The notes under the pieces were generated by a model. The model did no database searches, was not told the origin of the DNA, and was given only the letters and a program-made list of their open reading frames with translations. A stretch of DNA of 64,000 nucleotides, taken from the sequence record PQ471516.1. One strand, 5' to 3'. The position numbers and the translations under genes are program-made. This document shows, one piece after another, positions 18,978 through 28,205 of this stretch; the stretch's first letter is position 1; each line of letters opens with the position of its first letter.

Positions 18978-19730
18978 ATGTCTACACAATCCTTTTTAGA
19001 AAAAGCAGGGGAAAAACGTTTACTGATAATCAGCGGTGCTGGGTTATCGGTTGAAAGTGGGATGGAGCCATTTCGTTTTGATGATGGCTTATGGGATAAC
19101 TTTCAAATCAATGACGTGTGTAATATTGCACGTCTTAGTTCCAAATATCATATAGTACATGCATTCTATAATACTCTAAGAGTAAAATTAGGTTCGTGTG
19201 AACCAAATGCAATGCACTATTACATCAAATCATTAGAGGATCAGTACAAAGATAATTTCTTACACATGACCTCCAATATGGATGATTTGTACACTCGAAT
19301 CGGTGGAACCGAGTTGAAGCTTCATGGTAATCTACGAGAAGTTATTAAAAACTACTCAATCAATAGTGATGACTATGAAGTAATTGACTGTGGTTATGAA
19401 CCGTTCATTCCAGAGACTGATGTGTTCTCTAAACCAAATGTTGTTATGATTGGTGAATATCATCGTTATGTGGATGGGAACCGTCTTCCTATCTACGAAG
19501 AACGAAATGAAGTGTTGCGTAGTCTTACTGAAAATGATACAGTAATTGTTATTGGGAGCAGTGATACAGTACTGGTATGGTCCAGACTAGCTGGGGCGTT
19601 ACCTTGTTATAGTGTTACTGTTAACGTCAGAAAGAATGACAATGACTTCCTATTCAATGAACGTATCATTAAGCCAGCAACTAAAGCAATTCCAGTACTG
19701 GAGCCAATCATTAAGGAAAGAATGAAATGA
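18978..19730 (+). CDS. Sir2/sirtuin-family NAD-dependent enzyme
   Basis: SGAGLSVESG..PFR, TSNMDDL, KLHG, KPNVVMIGE, IGSS motifs; ATG 18978 preferred to TTG 18963. Confidence 0.88.
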   Translation: MSTQSFLEKAGEKRLLIISGAGLSVESGMEPFRFDDGLWDNFQINDVCNIARLSSKYHIVHAFYNTLRVKLGSCEPNAMHYYIKSLEDQYKDNFLHMTSNMDDLYTRIGGTELKLHGNLREVIKNYSINSDDYEVIDCGYEPFIPETDVFSKPNVVMIGEYHRYVDGNRLPIYEERNEVLRSLTENDTVIVIGSSDTVLVWSRLAGALPCYSVTVNVRKNDNDFLFNERIIKPATKAIPVLEPIIKERMK

Positions 19731-20278
19731 GTTTGAGAGAAGTACCACTCGGAGAATTTGGCAAACAAGCAAACTTTGTATTCTGTTACTTCTTTGCACG
19801 AAATTGTAATCCATATGAGAATTACGAGTTGAATGATATTCCAGTAGTTAATCTGGTACTCCTTCAACTCCGTTGGGATGGGTTGATGGGTGGATGTGGA
19901 GGAACAGTTGAAGATTCTGATACTTCACTTGAAGCTGCGTTGAAGCGTGAAATCCAAGAAGAAATGGATTATAATATTTCCATTGAACAGTTGAAACCTC
20001 TAAAGACGTTTGAATTGTTCCCTGGTGCTAACACTCATAGCTTCAGTTATGAAGTCACATATGATGAGTTGAAAGCGATTCGTGACGGGTACAGTACTGC
20101 TAAACATGCCAGTGCTGAAGTAGCGGGTGTAAATTTATGTCACATTTCTCGATATTCTAAGGGAAAAAATCGAGAAGCAGGATATAATAATCTCATGACA
20201 CAAAACTTCATTGGAACAGCTAAGGAAGAATTGCAGTACTTAGTTGAAAATGAAAACTTACTTATCAGTTACTTATAA
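19727..20278 (+). CDS. Nudix hydrolase
   Basis: GG.VEDSDTSLEAALKREIQEEM Nudix box. Confidence 0.85.
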   Translation: MSLREVPLGEFGKQANFVFCYFFARNCNPYENYELNDIPVVNLVLLQLRWDGLMGGCGGTVEDSDTSLEAALKREIQEEMDYNISIEQLKPLKTFELFPGANTHSFSYEVTYDELKAIRDGYSTAKHASAEVAGVNLCHISRYSKGKNREAGYNNLMTQNFIGTAKEELQYLVENENLLISYL

Positions 20279-20290
20279 GGGTAGAACAAA

Positions 20291-20611
20291 ATGTCATATG
20301 AAATGTTCCTCGATGATATTCGTAACCCAGGATACTATTATCCAGGTCGTTCGATGGTTGTATGTCGTGATTTTAAAAGTGCATGTAAACAAGTTGAAAA
20401 ATTTGGTATTCCATCATTTATTTCATTCGATCACGATTTGGGCGACATGAATTATGATGAAAAAACTGGGTATTCCTTCGCTAAATGGATTATTGATTAT
20501 ATGTTTGAGCACGAAATCAAAACACCTTTTGCATTTCATGTTCACAGTAGTAATCCAGTTGGTAAAGTGAATATCGAACATTACCTTAACAATGCATTCG
20601 AAAATTTATGA
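20291..20611 (+). CDS. cyclic-phosphate-processing receiver-like (cREC) domain protein
   Basis: FLDDIR.P, ISFDHDLG, TGY.FAKW, HS.NP.G pattern. Confidence 0.7.
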   Translation: MSYEMFLDDIRNPGYYYPGRSMVVCRDFKSACKQVEKFGIPSFISFDHDLGDMNYDEKTGYSFAKWIIDYMFEHEIKTPFAFHVHSSNPVGKVNIEHYLNNAFENL

Positions 20612-20898
20612 AACAGTTAATTATAAGTGCATTAATAACAATAGCGTTATGTACGGTGTGTATTCTAATTTTGAATTATATTGACCAAAATTCAAAACAG
20701 AATGAACACTTTCAGTCCGCTGTAGTAATTTCATTAGGTCAGTGCAGTAAAAGTGCATGTTCTTTCACTTACAAAACCGAAGATGGTTATGTAATGTCTG
20801 GACTGTCAGAAAAACCAGTATCGATTGGTCAGATTGTTTACCAAAAGTGCTGGGAAACTAAAGTGCGAGGTCATGCTTGTAGTGATTTCGTGCAATAA
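20608..20898 (+). CDS. membrane-anchored hypothetical protein
   Basis: N-terminal hydrophobic helix, Cys-containing ectodomain. Confidence 0.6.
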   Translation: MKQLIISALITIALCTVCILILNYIDQNSKQNEHFQSAVVISLGQCSKSACSFTYKTEDGYVMSGLSEKPVSIGQIVYQKCWETKVRGHACSDFVQ

Positions 20899-20949
20899 GT
20901 AATCTACCAATCGAGTACATGGATAGTACTCAACAATAAAGGATGTTTT

Positions 20950-22389
20950 ATGAAAAAATACACAATTGACACAAACGTACTACTTTCAGATCCTAATTCA
21001 ATCATTGCATTTGATGGTGCTACAGTAGTTCTCCCATTCACTGTTCTTGAAGAATTGGACTCAATTAAGAGCCGTAATGTTGACGTGTCACGTGATGCTC
21101 GCGTTGCAATCCGTAACATCGAAGCAATCCTCAGTGATGCTACACATGACGAAATTAGTACTTCCGGTGTAAATATTGCTGAAGTTCATACTAACATGGA
21201 TGCTGCCAGTAAGCTCTTTGTAATCACGAATGAAGAAGCAGAATCCATTATCCGTCTAACGGAGAAGGAAGAATCTGTACAGACTCTTATTCACAGTACT
21301 GTGCCAGATGACAAAATCATCCTAGTGGCACTGGCAACTGAATCAGTACTGGTAACTCGTGATATCAACATGCGTATTAAAGCACTAAGCTACGGCGTTG
21401 AAGTGCAAGATTATCGCCATGACGTTGTTATTGGTGACAGTGATTTGATTCACGTTGGTCAACACCATTTAGAAATCAATTTTTGGGACGTATACAGCAA
21501 TCTAACAGATGTAAACATTCATTCTGAACAGGTTGGTCGTCGTTTATATCATTACATTCCTAAGAGTTTGGTTGAGCATTTACTTCCACAAAATCTTTGC
21601 ATTGGTGATTATCTATATGATGATGCTGATGTTCTGTTTGTGTACGAAGGTCAATCAGCAATTGAGGAAGATGACGGTACTTTAACACCAGAAGATATCG
21701 TTGTATTCCAGGACATTGGACAATCAGTTGCTTTACGTGCTAAAGTGTGGGATATTAAAGCCAAGAATATTCAACAAGCACTAGCAATCAACAGTATTCT
21801 AGATCCTGAAGTACACTTAACAGTACTTCTAGGTTCAGCGGGTACTGGTAAAACTCTGATTACTATTGCCACTGCACTTGAGCTAGTACTAGAGAAGCGT
21901 CAATATGACCGTATCATCTTCTCTAAAACACAAGATTCCCAGTTCGAAGACATTGGTTTCTTGCCTGGTTCAGAAGCAGAGAAAGTTATTCCTTTCTGTG
22001 GTGCTGCAATCGATGCGTTGGAATTCCTACACAAAGATGATGCTAACCCACAAGGTAGTATTGAAGAGATTATGAAACGTAATGTTATTCAATTCAAAGC
22101 ACTAAACTTTGTTCGTGGTCGTTCTTTTACCAACACTATTCTTGTAGTGGATGAGTTCCAGAACATCACCCCAGCACAAGCAAAAACAATCTTGACTCGT
22201 GCGGGTATGAACTGTAAAGTGGTTATCATGGGTAACTTGAGTCAGATTGATAGCAAGTTTATTAGCCCAGTTAACAGTGGCTTAACGTATGTAACTGAAA
22301 AATTCAAAGACTGGGATGGTTGTCGTGTCATTGAACTAGAAGGTGTTGTACGTTCCCCACTAGCAGAATTTGCTGAAGAAAATATGTAA
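20950..22389 (+). CDS. phoH: PIN-PhoH family ATPase
   Basis: N-terminal PIN (IDTNVLL, DDKII, TRDINMRIKA); P-loop GSAGTGKT, IGFLPGS, RGRS, DEFQN, TR.G. Confidence 0.93.
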   Translation: MKKYTIDTNVLLSDPNSIIAFDGATVVLPFTVLEELDSIKSRNVDVSRDARVAIRNIEAILSDATHDEISTSGVNIAEVHTNMDAASKLFVITNEEAESIIRLTEKEESVQTLIHSTVPDDKIILVALATESVLVTRDINMRIKALSYGVEVQDYRHDVVIGDSDLIHVGQHHLEINFWDVYSNLTDVNIHSEQVGRRLYHYIPKSLVEHLLPQNLCIGDYLYDDADVLFVYEGQSAIEEDDGTLTPEDIVVFQDIGQSVALRAKVWDIKAKNIQQALAINSILDPEVHLTVLLGSAGTGKTLITIATALELVLEKRQYDRIIFSKTQDSQFEDIGFLPGSEAEKVIPFCGAAIDALEFLHKDDANPQGSIEEIMKRNVIQFKALNFVRGRSFTNTILVVDEFQNITPAQAKTILTRAGMNCKVVIMGNLSQIDSKFISPVNSGLTYVTEKFKDWDGCRVIELEGVVRSPLAEFAEENM

Positions 22390-22406
22390 TAAATTTGAAA
22401 AACATA

Positions 22407-22434
22407 TTGACATATCAAGCGTCCATGCTATAAT
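22407..22434 (+). promoter_or_regulatory. sigma70-type promoter
   Basis: TTGACA-N16-TATAAT with extended TG. Confidence 0.75.
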
Positions 22435-22467
22435 GGACGCATCAACAACAAAGAAGGAGAATCAATC

Positions 22468-22665
22468 ATGGCTAAACAACCTAAGAAAAAAGAACCTGAA
22501 GTTAAAGTTAAGAAAGTTAAAGTTATTCAATCTAAAGAACAACGTAATTACGAACTACGTAAAGCAGAAACCCTATCAGGTCTTCAAGCTCTACGTAAAC
22601 AAGGTGTTCTAACTCGTGCTCAATACCGTGAGATAGTAGCACAAAAAGGTTATTGGTCCATTTGA
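22468..22665 (+). CDS. small basic protein
   Basis: SD AAGGAG, own promoter, Lys-rich. Confidence 0.7.
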   Translation: MAKQPKKKEPEVKVKKVKVIQSKEQRNYELRKAETLSGLQALRKQGVLTRAQYREIVAQKGYWSI

Positions 22666-22760
22666 AGCAATAAACTGGAGTTCTTCATAAATACTTTCAT
22701 AAGAATAATAATACTTTTTATGAAAATTAAAAAGAACTCCATGTGTTATTTCAGTTTTTC

Positions 22761-22786
22761 ATCCCTGTCTTTTGGCAGGGATTTTT
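22761..22786 (+). terminator. Rho-independent terminator
   Basis: ATCCCTGTC / GGCAGGGAT stem plus T run. Confidence 0.7.
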
Positions 22787-22806
22787 TCTATCCATAGGAA
22801 AGTGAG

Positions 22807-23541
22807 ATGAGCATAACTGATATATCCAATAAAGTTATTAATGAATTGGTACAGAGAGGTTTTGCATCACCTATGATATATGGTTCGTGGTGCTACTATG
22901 AAAAGTACAAATTCGATGACAAGTATCCTAATGACATTGATGTGATTAACATAGTACATGAAGAGTCGGAAGAAGGTGAATTTACTTTGGAGTTGAATTG
23001 TATTGACATTCCAGTTAATGTCGAATGCATGACTCTTCAGCATTTTAGACAAGATTACAAGACTCCACAAATTAAGTACTTGGGTATAGGTCTTGCAGGT
23101 TCCAACAATTCATCAATCAATCACATCTTTTTATATCTAGGTGCAGTTCACAGTTACTATGCTGAACTTCCCAAAAATGTTGTTCGAACTATGTGCAGTT
23201 CATCATCGTCTAAGGCATTTAACAAAGGTGTTAAGAAACTGACACTTGACGATGACTACGATAAAGATTTGGGTCTAAAAAACATCTGGCATAGCATTCA
23301 TTTCATTTCTATAGTAGATTCATATTACAAGTCCTACGATGATAGTCTTAATGTTGCAGAATATGCGTTGTATACTGAATATAACATGTTGCGTTGTATC
23401 CCGATGCGTGATATGATATATAAAATTTACGAGGAAACTGAAGGTTCTCTTCAGGATAAGGCTCAAGCAGTCATAGACTATGCAAAGCCTTTACGTAACA
23501 AATTAATGACAGAATTTCGTGCCTTATACCCAAAGGAGTGA
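22807..23541 (+). CDS. putative pol-beta-fold nucleotidyltransferase
   Basis: hYGS...DIDV motif near the N-terminus, helical C-terminus. Confidence 0.55.
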   Translation: MSITDISNKVINELVQRGFASPMIYGSWCYYEKYKFDDKYPNDIDVINIVHEESEEGEFTLELNCIDIPVNVECMTLQHFRQDYKTPQIKYLGIGLAGSNNSSINHIFLYLGAVHSYYAELPKNVVRTMCSSSSSKAFNKGVKKLTLDDDYDKDLGLKNIWHSIHFISIVDSYYKSYDDSLNVAEYALYTEYNMLRCIPMRDMIYKIYEETEGSLQDKAQAVIDYAKPLRNKLMTEFRALYPKE

Positions 23542-23608
23542 TATAATGAAAAAACATACAGGAAAACAGCCGTTCCATTAGGTTAATTTAACTTAAAGGA
23601 GACTATAT

Positions 23609-24133
23609 ATGTTTTTTGAACAATCTTTTATTCTGTACTACGATTCTGGTGAAGTTGAATACACTGATAACCTTTTTGAAGTTATCAACCGAATGGGTGG
23701 AGTTGATAGTTTTCATGCTGCAATGAAATTCAATCTAGGTGAATTCAACAAACGTAACGGTAAACTGTATAATATCAGTACTGGATTTTTCTTGTGCAAT
23801 GCTAAAGGCTTGATGATTTCCCCTGATCTGTTATACGATGAGTATCAGATTGCATGGGATGAATTTTGGAAGAATAAGCGTAAAGCTATTGATGACAAAT
23901 TCAAACACAACAGGTCTTGGCGTTTTAAACACAGTCAAGTTCGTTACAAACACCCACATACTCAACAAGAACGTCGCATGGCATGTGCAGTTCAAAAAGA
24001 TGAGGGTGAACCTAGTATTCGTGGTAAACGCAAAATGCGTTCTATCCCTTCTTTATGGGATGATAAAAAGACAAGACACAGTACTGGATGGAAAACTAGT
24101 ACTAAGCGTAAACATCAATACAAAGGGAGCTAA
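23609..24133 (+). CDS. hypothetical protein with very basic C-terminus
   Basis: SD AAGGAG; RGKRKMRSIPSLWDD...WKTSTKRKHQYK tail. Confidence 0.7.
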   Translation: MFFEQSFILYYDSGEVEYTDNLFEVINRMGGVDSFHAAMKFNLGEFNKRNGKLYNISTGFFLCNAKGLMISPDLLYDEYQIAWDEFWKNKRKAIDDKFKHNRSWRFKHSQVRYKHPHTQQERRMACAVQKDEGEPSIRGKRKMRSIPSLWDDKKTRHSTGWKTSTKRKHQYKGS

Positions 24134-24147
24134 TGCTCCCTATTTTT
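24125..24147 (+). terminator. Rho-independent terminator
   Basis: GGGAGC-TAAT-GCTCCC then TATTTTT. Confidence 0.7.
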
Positions 24148-24161
24148 ATGGATACAATTAA

Positions 24162-24500
24162 ATGAATACAAATGACAGACAATCAATTATCGTGGAATTA
24201 GGTTACATCGAAATTGAAAATTGTAGTATTGATAAAATGATTGAAGTACTTAAACAGTATCGTTCATCACATGAAGGGTATATGTCACTCGTCCCTGAAG
24301 GTGGGTATAGTGGTTTTGACGGTTATAAAATCCTTGTAGAACGTTACGAAACTGATGAAGAGATTATTACTCGACATGTAGAAGAAAAGAAACGTAAGGC
24401 TGATGCTGAACGTACTGAAATGTATCGTTTAATGAAAAAGAAATCATTGAACGCTGCTCAAAAAGAAACCCTTATTAAATATATCCAGGAATATATGTAA
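24162..24500 (+). CDS. hypothetical protein
   Basis: ORF in operon. Confidence 0.6.
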   Translation: MNTNDRQSIIVELGYIEIENCSIDKMIEVLKQYRSSHEGYMSLVPEGGYSGFDGYKILVERYETDEEIITRHVEEKKRKADAERTEMYRLMKKKSLNAAQKETLIKYIQEYM

Positions 24501-25156
24501 TGAAAAACATCACACAAGAGAAGATCCTGTACCTCGCAAAATATAATGGTGGTTTTAATATCCAAAGCTGTGAGTACACTGGAAATATGGCTAAAATACT
24601 TGACTCTCTATTAAGCCTAGGATTGATTCGTTGGGATACTAATGAACTTTGGTATGAATATGCTGGACAGCAATGGGAAAGTGATTATGACCATGCAATC
24701 CATTCATATACCATTACTAAAGCAGGTGAAGTTCGTTTAGCCATTATGCGTTGTGCCTATACCTATAAAAACTTCAAAGGTGAAGAGAAACATATCCGAC
24801 GTAATCAAGAACTCATTCATCTCATGGGTGAAGCTGGTATCAAGATGGATGTTTTGTTGAATGAACCACGTTGGGTTAACAATCTCACCAAAGCAGAGTC
24901 GAAAGCACTACGATACATTACAGAACAAGAAGTTCAACCTTCTAAACCGGAAAAAGTACTACAAGGTGATGGTGAGTTAAGTCTTCAAAATGTGTTCGAA
25001 AGTACCAGTACTGAAAGTATTTCTGATATATCAGTCCAGATGGCAATCAAAGCTATGGAGCTTTTTAAGACCCAATACGAAGGTACAAGTGCAGATGAAG
25101 TAGAACGTGAGTTCATTACTCGTGTACAAATTGCGTTACATAAAAATAAAAAGTAG
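24500..25156 (+). CDS. hypothetical protein
   Basis: 218 aa ORF, overlapping stop/start. Confidence 0.65.
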   Translation: MKNITQEKILYLAKYNGGFNIQSCEYTGNMAKILDSLLSLGLIRWDTNELWYEYAGQQWESDYDHAIHSYTITKAGEVRLAIMRCAYTYKNFKGEEKHIRRNQELIHLMGEAGIKMDVLLNEPRWVNNLTKAESKALRYITEQEVQPSKPEKVLQGDGELSLQNVFESTSTESISDISVQMAIKAMELFKTQYEGTSADEVEREFITRVQIALHKNKK

Positions 25157-25162
25157 GTTCAT

Positions 25163-25342
25163 ATGAAAATTTTACTTGTACTAATAGCCGTAGTTATGGT
25201 ATTATCTTGTTCAGTTAGTAATGGTAAGTACATTTACATGTCTGCGTTCGAGGAAGCACCGACAAACTGTGTACAAACTCATTCAGGTCTTATGCTAGTT
25301 AATGGCAGACCTTCAATTGAATACTTATGTATAGGTGATTAA
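25163..25342 (+). CDS. small putative lipoprotein (absent from supplied ORF track)
   Basis: MKILLVLIAVVMVLSC signal/lipobox-like; 59 aa. Confidence 0.5.
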   Translation: MKILLVLIAVVMVLSCSVSNGKYIYMSAFEEAPTNCVQTHSGLMLVNGRPSIEYLCIGD

Positions 25343-25345
25343 ATT

Positions 25346-25576
25346 ATGAAATTATTGTGTATTGCTATTGTTTCTTCTATTGTATTTCTAAGTGGGTGTG
25401 CACCTAAAGTTAATGAGATGGATGCTGAACTCATCCGTCTTGGATTGACTAAACTCAATCACGATGGTACACTGTATGCATGTCATGAAATGCGTCACGG
25501 TCAAGATCTGAACTTAATGTGCAGAAAGATTGTGAATCGTAAACGTATTAATACAATCCCAAGGGATGTACAATGA
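25346..25576 (+). CDS. small putative lipoprotein
   Basis: MKLL...FLSGC lipobox. Confidence 0.6.
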   Translation: MKLLCIAIVSSIVFLSGCAPKVNEMDAELIRLGLTKLNHDGTLYACHEMRHGQDLNLMCRKIVNRKRINTIPRDVQ

Positions 25577-25794
25577 AAGCAAAAGAATTAGCAGAATTAC
25601 TGTTACAACATCCTGACGCAGAAGTTATTGTTTGTGATGAAGAAATGTTTTTAGTTAATGCGTCTAAAGTAACGGTTTATGAAAAAGATGAGATGATAAA
25701 AGAAGGTGATGGTAGTACCAAATCGGAAGACCTTACTTCTCTTGGAATCTACGATTATCCAATTTGTAATACACAAGTTATTTTTATTTCATGA
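25573..25794 (+). CDS. hypothetical protein
   Basis: N-terminus MKAKELAELLLQHPDAEV paralogous to 49097 ORF. Confidence 0.6.
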   Translation: MKAKELAELLLQHPDAEVIVCDEEMFLVNASKVTVYEKDEMIKEGDGSTKSEDLTSLGIYDYPICNTQVIFIS

Positions 25795-25801
25795 GGAAAC
25801 T

Positions 25802-26161
25802 ATGAGTGATTATGTTGGATTCCTATACCGCTTTGGTGTTGCACAAGAAAAACACATCATCCGTATGCCAGCATATGGTGAGAAAGGATGGTATAAGAGT
25901 ATTATCAGTGTAGGTGCATTTCGTGACCGTGAAGCAGCATACTTCCTTAAGAGTCTCAGTGATGAACCTATTCGCTTCTCACTTCAGCGTTTATCAGAAT
26001 GGGAGGAAAGTAATAAAATCACAGCAGAATCAATGCAAGCCGTATGTGGTATTCAAAATTATGTCCATCCATATGACAATCTTCCTTGTACTGTGCATAA
26101 TTCAGTGTTTGACTTTTATGCAGCAGTAGGGTATGATTATAAAAAGAAACGTTACATTTGA
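25802..26161 (+). CDS. hypothetical protein
   Basis: SD GAGGA before ATG 25802. Confidence 0.6.
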   Translation: MSDYVGFLYRFGVAQEKHIIRMPAYGEKGWYKSIISVGAFRDREAAYFLKSLSDEPIRFSLQRLSEWEESNKITAESMQAVCGIQNYVHPYDNLPCTVHNSVFDFYAAVGYDYKKKRYI

Positions 26162-26180
26162 ATTTCAATGGGGATTTAAA

Positions 26181-26798
26181 ATGACAGCAGCCGACAAGTA
26201 CTGGTGGATTTACAACCACGCCTCATTCGTCAACAAAGATTTAGTATATCCAAAGATTGAGATTGAACCACATAACGTATGCCCTGATACCAATCGCATT
26301 GAAGACCATGAATATCTAAATACAAAGGTTCAGTACTGGGTAGAGTTGATGACCCCTGAATTCGATGAAGATTCACAAAACTGGATTCTTTCACACGATT
26401 ATCAGTTAGATTGTGGCGGCGATACATTTGAAGAAGCAATTGATGCATTGTACAATAAGGTTTTGGAACGTTACGGTACATACAAACAAGAAGATGCAGA
26501 TGCTTTATTTGATTCATTGTTTAAAAAATCATCACAGCCAAATCCAGCATACCAGCAATTTAGCAATCCACATGAACGATTGTACAGTGCTAAGTTTCTG
26601 TTGTTGAATTACGATGACAAGTTCTCGCTGATTGATAGCATAGATACTCGTAAAAATACAATAAAGTCCTTGCAGAAGTACATTGCTTCTTGTACAATAG
26701 AGCAATCAGAGAAAGCAAAGATTGCATTAGAAGATGAAGAATGTTTGCTTTGGTTACAAGAACTATCACTTAAAACAGGCGTGGATTTATTACTATGA
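26181..26798 (+). CDS. hypothetical protein
   Basis: ATG 26181 with GGGA SD preferred to 26133. Confidence 0.6.
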   Translation: MTAADKYWWIYNHASFVNKDLVYPKIEIEPHNVCPDTNRIEDHEYLNTKVQYWVELMTPEFDEDSQNWILSHDYQLDCGGDTFEEAIDALYNKVLERYGTYKQEDADALFDSLFKKSSQPNPAYQQFSNPHERLYSAKFLLLNYDDKFSLIDSIDTRKNTIKSLQKYIASCTIEQSEKAKIALEDEECLLWLQELSLKTGVDLLL

Positions 26799-27163
26799 AC
26801 AGTAAACTGGAAAAACTAATTGAAGAACTTCGACGGATGCCACCAATTGAGCAAGTTGGCAATTACAAGCGTTATCGCGTTATAGCACGAGCACTGGATA
26901 AGAAAGGTCGAGTACTGGCAACTCGTACCAACTCTTATACACAAACTCATCCTAAACAGAAAGGGTTTGCGATTCGTGCTGGACGTCCACAAGGTGAGTT
27001 TCTTCATGCTGAAATTTCATGTTTACTGGCTGCACGGGCTGATGTACATACACTGTTGATTGCACGAGTGAGTAAAGATGGCATTCCAGTCCCAGCCAAA
27101 CCATGTGAGATTTGCACTTTAGCTATTCAAGAATATGGAGTGAAAGAAATTATTCACACATGA
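26795..27163 (+). CDS. zinc-dependent cytidine/deoxycytidylate deaminase-fold protein
   Basis: HAE and PCxxC (KPCEIC) zinc motifs. Confidence 0.75.
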   Translation: MNSKLEKLIEELRRMPPIEQVGNYKRYRVIARALDKKGRVLATRTNSYTQTHPKQKGFAIRAGRPQGEFLHAEISCLLAARADVHTLLIARVSKDGIPVPAKPCEICTLAIQEYGVKEIIHT

Positions 27164-27384
27164 AAACTGAATACTACGAAAAACATACTGTATTCTATAC
27201 TAAATCAACAATACTGTATTATTACATATTTGATCCTAATTATTGTTTACAGATAACAACCTACGCAAATGGTAGATTTAAAGATGTAAACTTCCCAATA
27301 ACTGATTTAGCAAAACATATCAGTACTGAACATTTCATTAATTTAGTACAAGTATATTGTAAACCAAACCCTAACAACACTTAA
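27160..27384 (+). CDS. hypothetical protein
   Basis: ATG at 27160 overlapping previous stop. Confidence 0.45.
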   Translation: MKTEYYEKHTVFYTKSTILYYYIFDPNYCLQITTYANGRFKDVNFPITDLAKHISTEHFINLVQVYCKPNPNNT

Positions 27385-27399
27385 ACTAAGGAGTCAATA

Positions 27400-27762
27400 A
27401 TGGCTAAAACAATTTCAATGAAAGACGATACCGTTGGTATTCGCAAAGATGGTTTCTATGGTTTCTCATGGACTACCCTATTCTTCGGTCCAATCCCTGC
27501 ACTATTCCGTGGTGATTTCCTAACATTCCTTGGTGTAGTAGCTGTGTACGTAGTTCTTAACGTATTCACTATGGGTATTCTCGGAACCCTAGCTATGGTA
27601 GTATGGGCGTTCATGTACAACAAATATTACACCCAAAGCCTACTCAAGAAAGGTTTTAAATTCAATGGCAGTGATGAAGACAACAAAGAAGCAGCAATGT
27701 ATTTGCATGTGGAATTGAACTCTCATAACACGGTTGATAAAAACAAAGGTCCAGAGGTCTAA
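27400..27762 (+). CDS. membrane protein (DUF2628/HrgC-like)
   Basis: GFSWTTLFFG..PALFRGD, two hydrophobic helices, YNK.Y...LLKKGF; SD AAGGAG. Confidence 0.7.
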   Translation: MAKTISMKDDTVGIRKDGFYGFSWTTLFFGPIPALFRGDFLTFLGVVAVYVVLNVFTMGILGTLAMVVWAFMYNKYYTQSLLKKGFKFNGSDEDNKEAAMYLHVELNSHNTVDKNKGPEV

Positions 27763-27941
27763 TGGAAATCTTTAAAAAAGATTATGATGGGGAAAGTCTT
27801 TATGATATGCAGCGTGACGTACACGAAGCGTTTGATTCAAGATTTAACCCATTAGCCGACCAGATTCCACAAGATGAATTTGGTTTTCAAGAAGGTACAT
27901 TCACAGTAACTATTACCTGGACACCGGATGAGAATAATTAA
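27762..27941 (+). CDS. small acidic protein (absent from supplied ORF track)
   Basis: 59 aa MEIFKKDYDGESLYDMQRDVHEAFD...; SD GAGG, stop/start overlap. Confidence 0.55.
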   Translation: MEIFKKDYDGESLYDMQRDVHEAFDSRFNPLADQIPQDEFGFQEGTFTVTITWTPDENN

Positions 27942-28044
27942 ACTTTTGATTGGCTTATTAGCAATGATATTGTTTTTTATATGTTCCGCTCCAATTAATA
28001 CTATGGTGTTGATTTGGGCAGTTGTAATTTTAGCAGTACTTTAA
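27928..28044 (+). CDS. 38 aa hydrophobic peptide
   Basis: MRIIKLLIGLLAMILFFICSAPINTMVLIWAVVILAVL, ends just before terminator. Confidence 0.35.
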   Translation: MRIIKLLIGLLAMILFFICSAPINTMVLIWAVVILAVL

Positions 28045-28067
28045 AAGCACCCTAGTGGTGCTTTTTT
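28043..28067 (+). terminator. Rho-independent terminator
   Basis: AAAAGCACC-CTAGT-GGTGCTTTTTT. Confidence 0.8.
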
Positions 28068-28205
28068 CATTTGTACAAATAAAAACCTATCTACCATTTC
28101 ATTGATTCAGGTCAAAAGAAACATAGCGTTCTGGAGCTATAATGTTGTCTTGTGGAGTTAAATAACTTCACCCCAGATGAATTATAGAATACAAGGAAGA
28201 ATTAA

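Noticed and set aside
19745-19756. ACTCGGA in the first Nudix gene and similar ACACGGA strings in nrdD and elsewhere
   Set aside because: They occur in other codon phases within intact ORFs, so the heptamer alone does not mark a frameshift or a systematic sequencing error
26818-26845. In-frame CGG-A (cga cgg atg) in the second deaminase as a third frameshift site
   Set aside because: Zero frame is intact with all motifs and the +1 frame stops within about 17 codons; the preceding codon is not ACW
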